Positions 11,471 through 28,102 of a stretch of DNA of 64,000 bases are shown one piece after another (within the stretch, counting starts at the first letter, position 1; every line of letters starts with the position of its first letter). Position numbers and translations under genes: made by a program. Location of the stretch: positions 322,896,001 to 322,960,000 of the forward strand of contig OZ024743.1 in assembly GCA_964016885.1 (NCBI GenBank), in the 5' to 3' direction. Source of the stretch: Eledone cirrhosa. Taxonomy: Eukaryota. The notes under the pieces were generated by a model, which saw nothing but the letters and a program-made list of their open reading frames with translations, was not told the origin of the DNA and did no database searches.

Positions 11471-14400
11471 ATATCATCGTTACTGCCTACCTCACCTCCT
11501 TTGGTCAATATTGCTTCTCAGACCACAAATGACATCAATCTCATCATTACAGCCTACCTCACCTCCTTTAGTCAAGCTTGCTTCTCAGACCACAAATGAC
11601 ATCAATCTCATCATTACTGCCTACCTCACCTCCTTTGGTCAAGCTTGCTTCTCAGACCACAAACGATCTCAACTTATCATTACTGCCTAACTCACCTCCT
11701 TTAGTCAAGCTTGCTTCTCAGACCACAAATGACCTCAATCTCACCATTACTGTCTACCTCACCTCCTTTGGTCAAGCTTGCTTCTCAGACCACAAATGAC
11801 CTCAATCTCATCATTAATGCCTACATCACCTTTAGTCAAGCTTGCTTCTCAGACCACAAATGATCTCAACTTATCATTACTGCCTCCCTCACCTCTTTAG
11901 TCAACTTGCTTCTCAGACCAGAAATGGCATCAATCTCATCATTATTGCCTACCTCACCTCGTTTAGTCAATCTTGCTTCTGAGACCACAAATGACCTCAA
12001 TCTCATCATTACTGCCAACCACGCCTCCTTTAGTCAAGCTTGCTTCTAGACCACAAATGATTTCAATCTTATCATTACTGTCTACCACACCACCTTCGGT
12101 CAAGCTTGCTTCTCAGACGACAAATGACCTCAATCTCATCTTTAATTCCTACCTCACCTCCTTTAGTCAAGCTTGCTTCTCAGACCACAAATGATCTCAA
12201 CTTATCAATACTGCCTACCTAACCTCATTTGGTCAAGCTTTCTTCTCAGACCACAAATGACCTCAACTTATCTTTACAACCTACCTCACCTCCTTTAGTC
12301 AAGCTTGCTTCTCAGAAAACAAATGACCTCAATCTCATCATTACTGCCTAGCTCAACTCCTTTGGTCAAGCTTTCTTTTCAGACCAAAAATGACCTCAAT
12401 CTCATCATTACTGCCTACCTTACCTCCTTTAGTCAAGCTTGCTTCTCAGACCACAAATGACCTCAATCTCATAATTACTCCCTACCTTACCTCCTATAGT
12501 CAAGCTTGCTTCTCAGACCACAAATTACATCAATATCATCATTACAGCCTACCTCACCTCCTTTAGTCAAGCTTGCATCTCAGACCACAAATGACCTCAA
12601 TCTCATCTTTAATGCCTACCACACCTCCTTTAGTCAAGCTTGCTTCTCAGACCACAATTGACTTCAATCTCATCATTACTGCCTACCTTATCTCCTTTAG
12701 TCAAGCTTGCTTCTCAGACCACAAATGACCTCAATCTCATCTTTAATGCCTACTTCACCTCCTTTAGTCAAGCTTGCTTCTCAGACCACAAATTACCTCA
12801 TTCTCATCATTACTGCCAACTACGCCTCCTTCAGTCAAGCTTGCTTCTCAGACCACAAATGACCTCAATCTTATCATTACTGCCTACCTTATCTCCTTTA
12901 GTCAAGCTTGCTTCTCAGACCACAAATGACCTCAATCTCATCTTTAATGCCTACCTCACCTCCTTTAGTCAAGCTTGCTTCTCAGACCACAAATGACCTC
13001 AATCTCATCATTACTGTCTACCTCACATCCTTTAGTCAAGCTTGCTTCTCAGTCCACAAATGGCCTCAATCTTATCATTACTGCCTACCTTATCTCATTT
13101 AGTCAAGCTTGCTTCTCAGACCACAAATGACCTCAATCTCATCTTTAATGCCTACCTCACCTCCTTTAGTCAAGCTTGCTTCTAAAACACAAATGATTTC
13201 AATCTTATCATTACAGCCTACCACACCTCCTTTAGTCAAGCTTGCTTCTCAGACCACAAATGACTTCAATCTCATCATTACTGTCTACCTCACATCATTT
13301 ATTCAAGCTTGCTTCTCAGACCACAAATGACCTCAATCTTATCATTACTGCCTACCTTATCTCATTTAGTCAAGCTTGCTTCACAGACCACACATGACCT
13401 CAATCTCATCTTTAATGCATACCTCACCTCCTTTAGTCAAGCTTGCTTCTCAGACCACAAATGACCTCAATCTCATCAGTACTGCCAACCACGCCTCCTT
13501 TAGTCAAGCTTGCTTCTCAGACCACAAATGACCTCAATCTCATCATTACTGCCTACCTCACCTCCTTTAGTCAAATTTGCTCCTCAGACCACAAATGACC
13601 TCGACCTCATCATTACAGACTACCTCACCTCCTTTAGTCAAGTTTGCTTCTCAGAACACAAATGACATCAATATCATCATTACTGCCTACATCACATCCT
13701 TTGGTCAATATTGCTTCTCAGACCACAACTGACCTCAATCTCATCATTCCTGCCAACTACGCCTCCTTTAGTCAAGCATGCTTCTCAGACCACAAATGAC
13801 CTCAATCTCACCATTACTGCCTACCTCACCTCCTTTGGTCAAGCTTGCTTCTCAGACCACAAATGACCTCAACTTATCATTACTGCCAACCACACCTCCT
13901 TTAGTCAAGCTTGCTTCTCAGACCGCAAATGACCCCAACTTATCATTACATCCAACCACACCTCCTTTAGTCAAGCTTTCTTCTCAGACCGCAAATGACC
14001 TCAATCTCATCATTACTGCCTACATCACCTTTAGTCAAGCTTTCTTCTCAGACCACAAATGACCTCAACTTATCATTACTGCCCACCTCACCTCCTTCAG
14101 TCAAGCTTACTTCTCAGACGGCAAATGACCTCAACTTATCATTACATCCAACCACACCTCCTTTAGTCAAGCTTTCTTCTCAGACCGCAAATGACCTCAA
14201 TCTCATCATTACTGCCTACCTCACCTATTTTAGTCAAGCTTGCTTCTCAGACCACAAATGACCTAAAATTATCATTACTGCCTACCTCACCTCCTTTAGT
14301 CAAGCTTGCTTCTCAGACCACAAATGACATCAATATCATCATTACTGCCTACCTCACCTCCTTTAGTCAAGCTTGCTTCTCAGACCACAAATGACCTCAA

Positions 14401-15193
14401 TCTCATCATTACAGCCTACCTCACGTCCTTTAGTCAAGCTTGCTTTTCAGTCCACAAATGACATCAATCTCATCATTACTGCCTACCACACATACTTTAG
14501 TAAAGCTTGCTTCTCAGACCACCAGCGAACTCAATCTCATCATTACTGCCTACCTCACCTCCTTTAGTCAAGCTTGCTTCTCAGACCACAAATGACCTCA
14601 ATCTCATCATTACTGCCAACTACGCCTCCTTTAGTCAAGCTTGCTTCTCAGACCACAAATGACCTCAATCTCATCGTTAATGCCTACCTCACCTCCTTTA
14701 GTCAAGCTTGCTTCTCAGACCACAAATGACCTCAATCTCATCATTAATGCCAACCACGCCTCCTTTAGTCAAGCTTGCTTCTCAGACCACAAATAACCTC
14801 AATCTCATCATTACTGCCAACCACGCCTCCTTTAGTCAAGCTTACTTCTAGAACACAATTGATTTCAATCTTATCATTACTGCCTACCACACCTCCTTTG
14901 GTCAAGCTTGCTTCTAGACCACAAATGATTTCAATCTCATCATTACTGCCTACCTCACCTCCTTTGGTCAAGCTTGCTTCTCGGACCACAAATGACCTCA
15001 ATCTCATCATTACATCCTACCTCACCTCCTTTAGTCAAGCCTACTTTTAAGACCACAAATGACCTCAACTTATCATTACTGCCTACCTCACCTCCTTTAC
15101 TCAAGCTTGCTTCTCAGACCACAAATGACCTCAATCTCATCATTAATGCCTACATCCCCTTTAGGCAAGCTTGCTTCTCAGACCACAAATGAT

Positions 15194-18100
15194 CTCAACT
15201 TATCATTACTGCCTACCTCACCTCTTTAGTCAACTTGCTTCTCAGACCAGAAATGGCATCAATCTCATCATTACTGCCTACATTCACCTCCTTTGGTCAA
15301 GCTTGTTTCTCAGACCACAAATTACCTCAATCTCATCATTATTGCCTACCTCACCTCCTTTAGTCAAGCTTGCTTCTCAGACCACAAATGACCTCAATCT
15401 CATCATTACTGCCTACCTCACCTCCTTTAGTCATGCTTGCTTCTGAGACCACAAATGACCTAAATCTCATCATTACTGCCAACCACGCCTCCTTTAGTCA
15501 AGCTTGCTTCTCAGACCACAAATGACCTCAATCTCATCATTACTGCCAACCACGCCTCCTTTAGTCAAGCTTGCTTCTAGACCACAAATGATTTCAATCT
15601 TATCATTACTGTCTACCACACCACCTACGGTCAAGCTTGCTTCTCAGACCACAAATGACCTCAATCTCATCATTACTGCCAACCACACCTCCTTTAGTCA
15701 AACTTGCTTCTCAGACCACAAATGATCTCAACTTATCATTACTGCCTACCACACCTCCTTTGGTCAAGTTTTCTTCTCAGACCACAAATGACCTCAACTT
15801 ATCATTAGAGCCTACCTCACCTCCTTTAGTCAAGCTTGCTTCTTAGACCACAATTGATCTCAATCTCATCATTACTGCCTACCTCACCTCCTTTAGTCAA
15901 GCTTGCTTCTCAGACCACAATTGATCTCAATCTCATCATTACAGCCTACCTCACCTCCTTTAGTCAAGTTTGCTTCTCAGAACACAAATGACATCAATCT
16001 CATCATTACTGCCTACATCACATCCTTTAGTCAAGCTTGCTTCTCAGACCACAAACGAACTCAACTCATCATTACTCCCCAACTCATCTCCTTTGGTCAA
16101 GCTTGCTTCTCAGACGACAAACGCACTCAACTTATCATTACTGCCTACCTCACCTCCTTTAGTCAAGCTTGCTTCTCAGACCACAAATGACATCAATATC
16201 ATCATTACTGCCTACCTCACCTCCTTTGGTCAATATTGCTTCTCAGACCACAAATGACCTCAGTCTCATCATTACAGCCTACCTCACCTCCTTTAGTCAA
16301 GCTTGCTTCTCAGACCATAAATGACCTCAATCTCACCTTTAATGCCTACCTCACCTCCTTTAGTCAAGCTTGCTTCTCAGACCACAAATGACCTCAATCT
16401 CATCATTACTGCCAACCACGCCTCCTTTAGTCAAGCTTGCTTCTCAGACCACAAATGACCTCAATCTCATCATTACTGCCTACCTCACCTCCTTTGGTCA
16501 AGCTTTCTTCTCAGAAAATAAATGACCTCAATCTCATCATTACTGCCTACCTCAACATCTTTGGTGAAGCTTTCTTCTCAGACCACAAATGACCTCAATC
16601 TCATCATTACTGCCTACCTCACCTATTTTAGTCAAGCTTGCTTCTCAGACCACAAATGACTCCACTTATCATTACTGCCTACCTCACCTCCTTTAGTCAA
16701 GTTTGCTTCTCAGACCACAAATGACCTCAATCTCATAATTACTGCCTAACTCACCTCCTTAATGAAGCTTGCTTCTCAGACCACAAATGACATCAATATC
16801 ATCATTACTGCCTACCTCACCTCCTTTGGTCAATATTGCTTCTCAGACCACAAATGACATCAATCTCATCATTAAAGCCTACCTCACATCCTTTAGTCAA
16901 GCTTGCTTCTCAGACCACAAACGAACTCAACTTATCATTACTGCCTAACTCACCACCTTTAGTCAAGCTTGCTTCTCAGACTACAAATGACGTCAATCTC
17001 ACCATTACTGTCTACCTCACCTCCTTTGGTCAAGCTTGCTTCTCAGACCACAAATGACCTCAACTTATTATTACTGCCTACCTCACCTCCTTTAGTCAAG
17101 CTTGCGTCTCAGACCACAAATGACCTCAATCTCATCATTACTGCCAACCACGCCTCCTTTAGTCAAGCTTGCTTCTCAGACCACAAATGACCTAAATCTC
17201 ATCATTACTGCCAACCACACCTCCTTTAGTCAAGCTTGCTTCTCAGACCACAAATGACCTCAATCTCATCATTACTGCCAACCACGCCTCCTTTAGTCAA
17301 GCTTGCTTCTAGACCACAAATGATTTCAATCTTATCATTACTGCCTACCTCACCTCCTTTGGTCAAGCTTGCTTCTCGGACCACAAATGACCTCAATCTC
17401 ATCATTACAGCCTACCTCACCTCCTTTAGTCAAGCCTGCTTTTAAGACCACAAATGACCTCAACATATCATTACTGCCTACCTCACCTCCTTTAGTCAAG
17501 CTTGCTTCTCAGACCACAACTGACCTCAATCTCATCATTAATGCCTACATCACCTTTAGTCAAGCTTGCTTCTCAGACCACAAATGACATCAATCTCATC
17601 ATTACAGCCTACCACACCTCCTTTGGTCAATCTTGCTTCTCAGACCACAAATGACCTCAACTTATCATTACTGCCAACCACACCTCCTTTAGTCAAGCTT
17701 TCTTCTCAGACCACAAATGACCTCAATCTCATCATTACTGCCTACATCACCTCCTTTAGTCATGCTTGCTTCTCAGACCACAAATGACCTCAATCTCATC
17801 ATTACTGCCAACCACGCCTCCTTTAGTCAAGCTTGCTTCTAGACCACAAATGATTTCAATCTTATCATTACTGTCTACCACACCACCTACGGTCAAGCTT
17901 GCTTCTCAGACCACAAATGACCTCAATCTCATCATTACTGCCAACCACACCTCCTTTAGTCAAACTTGCTTCTCAGACCACAAATGATCTCAACTTATCA
18001 TTACTGCCTACCACACCTCCTTTGGTCAAGTTTTCTTCTCAGACCACAAATGACCTCAACTTATCATTACTGCCTACCTCACCTCTTTAGTCAACTTGCT

Positions 18101-20930
18101 TCTCAGACCAGAAATGGCATCAATCTCATCATTACTGCCTACATTCACCTCCTTTGGTCAAGCTTGCTTCTCAGACCACAAATTACCTCAATCTCATCAT
18201 TATTGCCTACCTCACCTCCTTTAGTCAAGCTTGCTTCTCAGACCACAAATGACCTCAATCTCATCATTACTGCCTACCTCACCTCCTTTAGTCATGCTTG
18301 CTTCTGAGACCACAAATGACCTAAATCTCATCATTACTGCCAACCACGCCTCCTTTAGTCAAGCTTGCTTCTCAGACCACAAATGACCTCAATCTCATCA
18401 TTACTGCCAACCACGCCTCCTTTAGTCAAGCTTGCTTCTAGACCACAAATGATTTCAATCTTATCATTACTGTCTACCACACCACCTACGGTCAAGCTTG
18501 CTTCTCAGACCACAAATGACCTCAATCTCATCATTACTGCCAACCACACCTCCTTTAGTCAAACTTGCTTCTCAGACCACAAATGATCTCAACTTATCAT
18601 TACTGCCTACCACACCTCCTTTGGTCAAGTTTTCTTCTCAGACCACAAATGACCTCAACTTATCATTAGAGCCTACCTCACCTCCTTTAGTCAAGCTTGC
18701 TTCTTAGACCACAATTGATCTCAATCTCATCATTACTGCCTACCTCACCTCCTTTAGTCAAGCTTGCTTCTCAGACCACAATTGATCTCAATCTCATCAT
18801 TACAGCCTACCTCACCTCCTTTAGTCAAGTTTGCTTCTCAGAACACAAATGACATCAATCTCATCATTACTGCCTACATCACATCCTTTAGTCAAGCTTG
18901 CTTCTCAGACCACAAACGAACTCAACTCATCATTACTCCCCAACTCATCTCCTTTGGTCAAGCTTGCTTCTCAGACGACAAACGCACTCAACTTATCATT
19001 ACTGCCTACCTCACCTCCTTTAGTCAAGCTTGCTTCTCAGACCACAAATGACATCAATATCATCATTACTGCCTACCTCACCTCCTTTGGTCAATATTGC
19101 TTCTCAGACCACAAATGACCTCAGTCTCATCATTACAGCCTACCTCACCTCCTTTAGTCAAGCTTGCTTCTCAGACCATAAATGACCTCAATCTCACCTT
19201 TAATGCCTACCTCACCTCCTTTAGTCAAGCTTGCTTCTCAGACCACAAATGACCTCAATCTCATCATTACTGCCAACCACGCCTCCTTTAGTCAAGCTTG
19301 CTTCTCAGACCACAAATGACCTCAATCTCATCATTACTGCCTACCTCACCTCCTTTGGTCAAGCTTTCTTCTCAGAAAATAAATGACCTCAATCTCATCA
19401 TTACTGCCTACCTCAACATCTTTGGTGAAGCTTTCTTCTCAGACCACAAATGACCTCAATCTCATCATTACTGCCTACCTCACCTATTTTAGTCAAGCTT
19501 GCTTCTCAGACCACAAATGACTCCACTTATCATTACTGCCTACCTCACCTCCTTTAGTCAAGTTTGCTTCTCAGACCACAAATGACCTCAATCTCATAAT
19601 TACTGCCTAACTCACCTCCTTAATGAAGCTTGCTTCTCAGACCACAAATGACATCAATATCATCATTACTGCCTACCTCACCTCCTTTGGTCAATATTGC
19701 TTCTCAGACCACAAATGACATCAATCTCATCATTAAAGCCTACCTCACATCCTTTAGTCAAGCTTGCTTCTCAGACCACAAACGAACTCAACTTATCATT
19801 ACTGCCTAACTCACCACCTTTAGTCAAGCTTGCTTCTCAGACTACAAATGACGTCAATCTCACCATTACTGTCTACCTCACCTCCTTTGGTCAAGCTTGC
19901 TTCTCAGACCACAAATGACCTCAACTTATTATTACTGCCTACCTCACCTCCTTTAGTCAAGCTTGCGTCTCAGACCACAAATGACCTCAATCTCATCATT
20001 ACTGCCAACCACGCCTCCTTTAGTCAAGCTTGCTTCTCAGACCACAAATGACCTCAATCTCATCATTACTGCCAACCACACCTCCTTTAGTCAAGCTTGC
20101 TTCTCAGACCACAAATGACCTCAATCTCATCATTACTGCCAACCACGCCTCCTTTAGTCAAGCTTGCTTCTAGACCACAAATGATTTCAATCTTATCATT
20201 ACTGCCTACCTCACCTCCTTTGGTCAAGCTTGCTTCTCGGACCACAAATGACCTCAATCTCATCATTACAGCCTACCTCACCTCCTTTAGTCAAGCCTGC
20301 TTTTAAGACCACAAATGACCTCAACATATCATTACTGCCTACCTCACCTCCTTTAGTCAAGCTTGCTTCTCAGACCACAACTGACCTCAATCTCATCATT
20401 AATGCCTACATCACCTTTAGTCAAGCTTGCTTCTCAGACCACAAATGACATCAATCTCATCATTACAGCCTACCACACCTCCTTTGGTCAATCTTGCTTC
20501 TCAGACCACAAATGACCTCAACTTATCATTACTGCCAACCACACCTCCTTTAGTCAAGCTTTCTTCTCAGACCACAAATGACCTCAATCTCATCATTACT
20601 GCCTACATCACCTCCTTTAGTCATGCTTGCTTCTCAGACCACACATGACCTCAATCTCATCATTACTGCCAACCACGCCTCCTTTAGTCAAGCTTGCTTC
20701 TAGACCACAAATGATTTCAATCTTATCATTACTGTCTACCACACCACCTACGGTCAAGCTTGCTTCTCAGACCACAAATGACCTCAATCTCATCATTACT
20801 GCCAACCACACCTCCTTTAGTCAAACTTGCTTCTCAGACCACAAATGATCTCAACTTATCATTACTGCCTACCACACCTCCTTTGGTCAAGTTTTCTTCT
20901 CAGACCACAAATGACCTCAACTTATCATTA
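15194..20930 (+). repeat. 2,861 bp tandem duplication nested in the first 12.9 kb unit
   Basis: ORF pairs 15504/18365, 15903/18764, 16836/19697 and 17236/20097 sit at offset 2861, with at least three substitutions between copies. Confidence 0.95.
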
Positions 20931-23900
20931 GAGCCTACCTCACCTCCTTTAGTCAAGCTTGCTTCTCAGACCACAATTGATCTCAATCTCATCATTACTG
21001 CCTACCTCACCTCCTTTAGTCAAGTTTGCTTCTCAGAACACAAATGACATCAATCTCATCATTACTGCCTACATCACATCCTTTAGTCAAGCTTGCTTCT
21101 CAGGCCACAAACGAACTCAACTCATCATTACTCCCCAACTCACCTCCTTTGGTCAAGCTTGCTTCTCAGACGACAAATGACATCAATATCATCATTACTG
21201 CCTACCTCACCTCCTTTGGTCAATATTGCTTCTCAGACCACAAATGACCTCAGTCTCATCATTACAGCCTACCTCCCTCCTTTAGTCAAGCTTGCTTCTC
21301 AGACCATAAATGACCTCAATCTCACCTTTAATGCCTACCTCACCTCCTTTAGTCAAGCTTGCTTCTCAGACCACAAATGACCTCAATCTCATCATTACTG
21401 CCAACCACGCCTCCTTTAGTCAAGCTTGCTTCTCAGACCACAAATGACCTCAATCTCATCATTACTGCCTACCACACCTCCTTTGGTCAAGCTTTCTTCT
21501 CAGACCACAAATGACCTCAACTTAACATTAGAGCCTACCTCACCCCCTTTAGTCAAGCTTGCTTCTCAGACCACAATTGATCTCAATCTCATCATTACCG
21601 CCTACCTCACCTCCTTTGGTCAAGCTTTCTTCTCAGAAAACAAATGACCTCAATCTCATCATTACTGCCTACCTCACCTATTTTAGTCAAGCTTGCTTCT
21701 CAGACCACAAATGACTCCACTTATCATTACTGCCTACCTCACCTCCTTTAGTCAAGTTTGCTTCTCAGACCACAAATGACCTCAATCTCATAATTACTGC
21801 CTAACTCACCTCCTTTAGTGAAGCTTGCTTCTCAGACCACAAATGACATCAATATCATCATTACTGCCTACCTCACCTCCTTTGGTCAATATTGCTTCTC
21901 AGACCACAAATGACATCAATCTCATCATTAAAGCCTACCTCACATCCTTTAGTCAAGCTTGCTTCTCAGACCACAAACGAACTCAACTTATCATTACTGC
22001 CTAACTCACCACCTTTAGTCAAGCTTGCTTCTCAGACTACAAATGACGTCAATCTCACCATTACTGTCTACCTCACCTCCTTTGGTCAAGCTTGCTTCTC
22101 AGACCACAAATGACCTCAACTTATTATTACTGCCTACCTCACCTCCTTTAGTCAAGCTTGCGTCTCAGACCACAAATGACCTCAATCTCATCATTACTGC
22201 CAACCACGCCTCCTTTAGTCAAGCTTGCTTCTCAGACCACAAATGACCTCAATCTCATCATTACTGCCAACCACACATCCTTTAGTCAAGCTTGCTTCTC
22301 AGACCACAAATGACCTCAATCTCATCATTACTGCCAACCACGCCTCCTTTAGTCAAGCTTGCTTCTCGGACCACAAATGACCTCAAACTCATCATTACTG
22401 CCTACATCACCTTTAGTCAAGCTTGCTTCTCAGACCACAAATGATCTCAACTTATAACTACTGCCTACCTAACCTCCTTTGGTCAAGCTTTCTTCTCAGA
22501 CCACAAATGACCTCAACTTATCTTTACAGCCTACCTCACCTCCTTTAGTCAAGCTTGCTTCTCAGAAAACAAATGACCTCAATCTCATCATTACTGCCTA
22601 GCTCAACTCCTTTGGTAAAGCTTTCTTCTCAGACCACAAATGACCTCAACCTCATCATTACTGCCTAACTCACCTAGTTTAGTCAAGCTTGCTTCTCAGA
22701 CATCAAATGACCTCAAATTATCATTACTGCCTACCTAACCTCCTTTAGTCAAGTTTGCTTCTCAGACCACAAATGACCTCAATCTCATCATTACTGCCTA
22801 CCTCACCTCCTTTGGTCAATATTGCTTCTCAGACCACAAATTACCTCAATCTCATCATTACAGCCTACCTCACCTCTTTTAGTCAAGCTTGCTTCTCAGA
22901 CCACAAATGACATCAATCTCATCATTACTGCCTACCTCACATCCTTTTGTCAAGCTTGCTTCTCAGATAACAAATGAAACTCAGCATATCATTACTGCCT
23001 AACTCACCTCCTTTAGTCAAGCTTGCTTCTCAGACCACAAATTACCTCAATCTCATCATTACTGCCAACTACGCCTCCTTCAGTCAAGCTTGCTTCTCAG
23101 ACCACAATTGACCTCAATCTTATCATTACTGCCTACATTATCTCCTTTAGTCAAGCTTGCTTCTCAGACCACAAATGACCTCAATCTCATCATTACTGCC
23201 AACCACGCCTCCTTTAGTCAAGCTTGCTTCCAGACGACAAGTGATTTCAATCTTATCATTACTGCCTACCTCAGCTCCTTTGGTCAAGCTTGCTTCTCGG
23301 ACCACAAATGACCTCAATCTCATCATTACAGCCTACCTCACCTCCTTTAGTCAAGCCTGCTTTTAAGACCACAAATGACCTCAACTTATCATTACTGCCT
23401 TCCTCACCTCCTTTAGTCAAGCTTGCTTCTCAGACCACAAATGACCTCAATCTCAACATTAATGCCTACATCACCTTTATTTAAGCTTGCTTCTCAGACC
23501 ACAAATGATCTCAACTTATCATTACTGCCACCCACACCTCCTTTAGTCAAGCTTGCTTCTCAGACCACAAATGACCTCAATCTCATCATTACTGCATACA
23601 TTACATTTAGTCAAGCTTGCTTCTCAGACCAAAAATGATCTCAACTTATCATTACTGCCTACCTAACCTCCTTTGGTCAAGCTTTCTTCTCAGACCACAA
23701 ATGACCTCAACTTAATTATTACAGCCTACCTCACCTCCTTTAGTCAAGCTTGCTTCTCCGACCACAAATGACCTCAATCTCATCATTACTGCCTACCTCA
23801 CCTCCTTTAGTCAAGCTTGCTTCTCAGACCACAAATGACATCAATATCATCATTACTGCCTACCTCACGTCCTTTGGTCAATATTGATTCTCAGACCACA

Positions 23901-26900
23901 AATGACCCCAATCTCATCATTACAGCCTACCTCACCTCCTTTAGTCAAGCTTGCTTCTCAGACCACAAATGACATCAATCTCATCATTACTGCCTACCTC
24001 ACATCCTTTAGTCAAGCTTGCTTCTCAGACCTCAAACGACCCCAACTTATCAATACTGTCTACCCCACATCCTTTAGTCAAGCTTGCTTCTCAGACCACA
24101 AATGACGTCAATCTCATCTTTACTGTCTACCTCACATCCTTTAGTCAAACTTGCGTCTCAGACCACAAATGACCTCAATCTTATCATCACAGCCTACCAC
24201 ACCTCCTTTAGTCAAGCTTGCTTCTCAGACCACAAATGACCTCTATTTCATCTTTAATGCCTACCTCACCTCCTTTAGTCAAGCTTGCTTCTCAGACCAC
24301 AAATGACCTCAATCTCTTCATTACTGCCAAACACGCCTCCTTTAGTCAAGCTTGCTTCTAGACTACAAATGATTTCAATCTTATCATTACTACAGCCTAC
24401 CACACCTCCTTTGGTCAAGCTTGCTTTTCAGACGACAAATGACCTCAATCTCATCTTTAATGCCTACCTCACCTCCTTTAGTCTAGCTTGCTTTTCGGAC
24501 CACAAATGACATCAATCTCATCATTACAGCCTACCTCACCTCCTTTAGTCAAGCTTGCTTCTCAGACCACAAATGACCTCAATCTCATCATTACTGCCAA
24601 CTACGCCTCCTTTAGTCAAGCTTGCTCCTCAGACCACAAATGACCTCAATCTCATCATTACTGCCAACTACGCCTCCTTTAGTCAAGCTTGCTCCTCAGA
24701 CCACAAATGACATCAATCTCATCATTACAGCCTACCTCACCTCCTTTAGTCAAGCTTGCTTCTCAGACCACAAATGACCTCAATCTCATCATTACTGCCA
24801 ACCTACGTCTCCTTTACTCAAGCTTGCTCCTCAGACCACAAATGACATCAATCTCATCATTACTGCCTACCTCACATCCTTTAGTCAATCTTGCTTCTCA
24901 GAACACAAATGACCTCAACCTCATCATTACTGCCTACCTCACCTCTTTAGTCAAGCTTGCTTCTCAGACCACAAATGACCTCAACTTATCATTACTGCCT
25001 ACCTCACCTCTTTAGTCAACGTGCTTCTCAGACCACAAATGACATCAATCTCATCATTACTGTCTACCTCTCCTCCTTTAGTCAAGCTTGCTTCTCAGAC
25101 CACAAATGACCTCAAATTATCATCACAGCCTACGTCACCTCCTTTAGTCAAGCTTGCTTCTCAGACCACAAATGACCTCAACTTATCATTACTGCTTACC
25201 TCACCTCTTTAGTCAAGCTTGCTTCTCAGACCACAAATGACCTCAACTTATCATTACTGCCTACCTCACCTCATTAGTCAAGCTTGCTTCTCAGACCACA
25301 AATGACCTCAACTTATCATTACTGCTTACCTCACCTCTTTAGTCAAATTGGTTCTCAGACCACAAATGACATCAATATCATCATTACTGTCTACCTCACC
25401 TCCTTTACTCAAGCTTGCTTCTCAGACCACAAATGACCTCAATCTCATTATTACAGCCTACCTCACCTCCTTTGGACAAGCTTGCTTCTCAGACCACAAA
25501 TGACCTCAAATTATCATCACAGCCTACCTCACCTCCTTTAGTCAAGCTTGCTTCTCAGACCACAATTGATCTCAATCTCATCATTACTGCCTACCTCACC
25601 TCCTTTGGTTAATCTTTCTTCTGAGACCACAAATGACCACAATCTCATCATTACTGTTTACCTCACATCCTGTAATCAAGCTTGCTTCTCAGACCACAAA
25701 TGACCTCAATCTTATCTTTACTGCCTACATTATCTCCTTTAATCAAGCTTGCTTCTCCGACCACAAATGAACTCAATCTCGTCATTACAGCCTACCACAC
25801 CTCCTTTGGTCAATCTTGCTTCTCAGACCACAAATGACATCAATCTCATCATTACTGCCTACCTCACATCCTTTAGTCAAGCTTGCTTCTCAGACCACAA
25901 ATGACCTCAATCTTATCATTATTGCCTACCTTATCTCCTTTAGTCAAGCTTGCTTCTCAGACCACAAATGACCTCAACCTCATCATTACTGTCTACCTCA
26001 CATCCTTTATTCAAGCTTGCTTCTCAGGCCAGAAATGACATGAATCTTATCAATACTGCCTACCTTATCTACTTTAGTGAAGCTTGCTTCTCAGACCACA
26101 AATGACCTCAATCTTATCATTACAGCCTACCACACCTCCTTTAGTCAAGCTTGCTTCTCAGACCACAAATGACTTCAATCTCATCATTACTGTCTACCTC
26201 ACATCATTTATTCAAGCTTGCTTCTCAGACCACAAATGACCTCAATCTTATCATTACTGCCTACCTTATCTCATTTAGTCAAGCTTGCTTCACAGACCAC
26301 ACATGACCTCAATCTCATCTTTAATGCATACCTCACCTCCTTTAGTCAAGCTTGCTTCTCAGACCACAAATGACCTCAATCTCATCAGTACTGCCAACCA
26401 CGCCTCCTTTAGTCAAGCTTGCTTCTCAGACCACAAATGACCTCAATCTCATCATTACTGCCTACCTCACCTCCTTTAGTCAAATTTGCTCCTCAGACCA
26501 CAAATGACCTCGACCTCATCATTACAGACTACCTCACCTCCTTTAGTCAAGTTTGCTTCTCAGAACACAAATGACATCAATATCATCATTACTGCCTACA
26601 TCACATCCTTTGGTCAATATTGCTTCTCAGACCACAACTGACCTCAATCTCATCATTCCTGCCAACTACGCCTCCTTTAGTCAAGCATGCTTCTCAGACC
26701 ACAAATGACCTCAATCTCACCATTACTGCCTACCTCACCTCCTTTGGTCAAGCTTGCTTCTCAGACCACAAATGACCTCAACTTATCATTACTGCCAACC
26801 ACACCTCCTTTAGTCAAGCTTGCTTCTCAGACCGCAAATGACCCCAACTTATCATTACATCCAACCACACCTCCTTTAGTCAAGCTTTCTTCTCAGACCG

Positions 26901-28102
26901 CAAATGACCTCAATCTCATCATTACTGCCTACATCACCTTTAGTCAAGCTTTCTTCTCAGACCACAAATGACCTCAACTTATCATTACTGCCCACCTCAC
27001 CTCCTTCAGTCAAGCTTACTTCTCAGACGGCAAATGACCTCAACTTATCATTACATCCAACCACACCTCCTTTAGTCAAGCTTTCTTCTCAGACCGCAAA
27101 TGACCTCAATCTCATCATTACTGCCTACCTCACCTATTTTAGTCAAGCTTGCTTCTCAGACCACAAATGACCTAAAATTATCATTACTGCCTACCTCACC
27201 TCCTTTAGTCAAGCTTGCTTCTCAGACCACAAATGACATCAATATCATCATTACTGCCTACCTCACCTCCTTTAGTCAAGCTTGCTTCTCAGACCACAAA
27301 TGACCTCAATCTCATCATTACAGCCTACCTCACGTCCTTTAGTCAAGCTTGCTTTTCAGTCCACAAATGACATCAATCTCATCATTACTGCCTACCACAC
27401 ATACTTTAGTAAAGCTTGCTTCTCAGACCACCAGCGAACTCAATCTCATCATTACTGCCTACCTCACCTCCTTTAGTCAAGCTTGCTTCTCAGACCACAA
27501 ATGACCTCAATCTCATCATTACTGCCAACTACGCCTCCTTTAGTCAAGCTTGCTTCTCAGACCACAAATGACCTCAATCTCATCGTTAATGCCTACCTCA
27601 CCTCCTTTAGTCAAGCTTGCTTCTCAGACCACAAATGACCTCAATCTCATCATTAATGCCAACCACGCCTCCTTTAGTCAAGCTTGCTTCTCAGACCACA
27701 AATAACCTCAATCTCATCATTACTGCCAACCACGCCTCCTTTAGTCAAGCTTACTTCTAGAACACAATTGATTTCAATCTTATCATTACTGCCTACCACA
27801 CCTCCTTTGGTCAAGCTTGCTTCTAGACCACAAATGATTTCAATCTCATCATTACTGCCTACCTCACCTCCTTTGGTCAAGCTTGCTTCTCGGACCACAA
27901 ATGACCTCAATCTCATCATTACATCCTACCTCACCTCCTTTAGTCAAGCCTACTTTTAAGACCACAAATGACCTCAACTTATCATTACTGCCTACCTCAC
28001 CTCCTTTACTCAAGCTTGCTTCTCAGACCACAAATGACCTCAATCTCATCATTAATGCCTACATCCCCTTTAGGCAAGCTTGCTTCTCAGACCACAAATG
28101 AT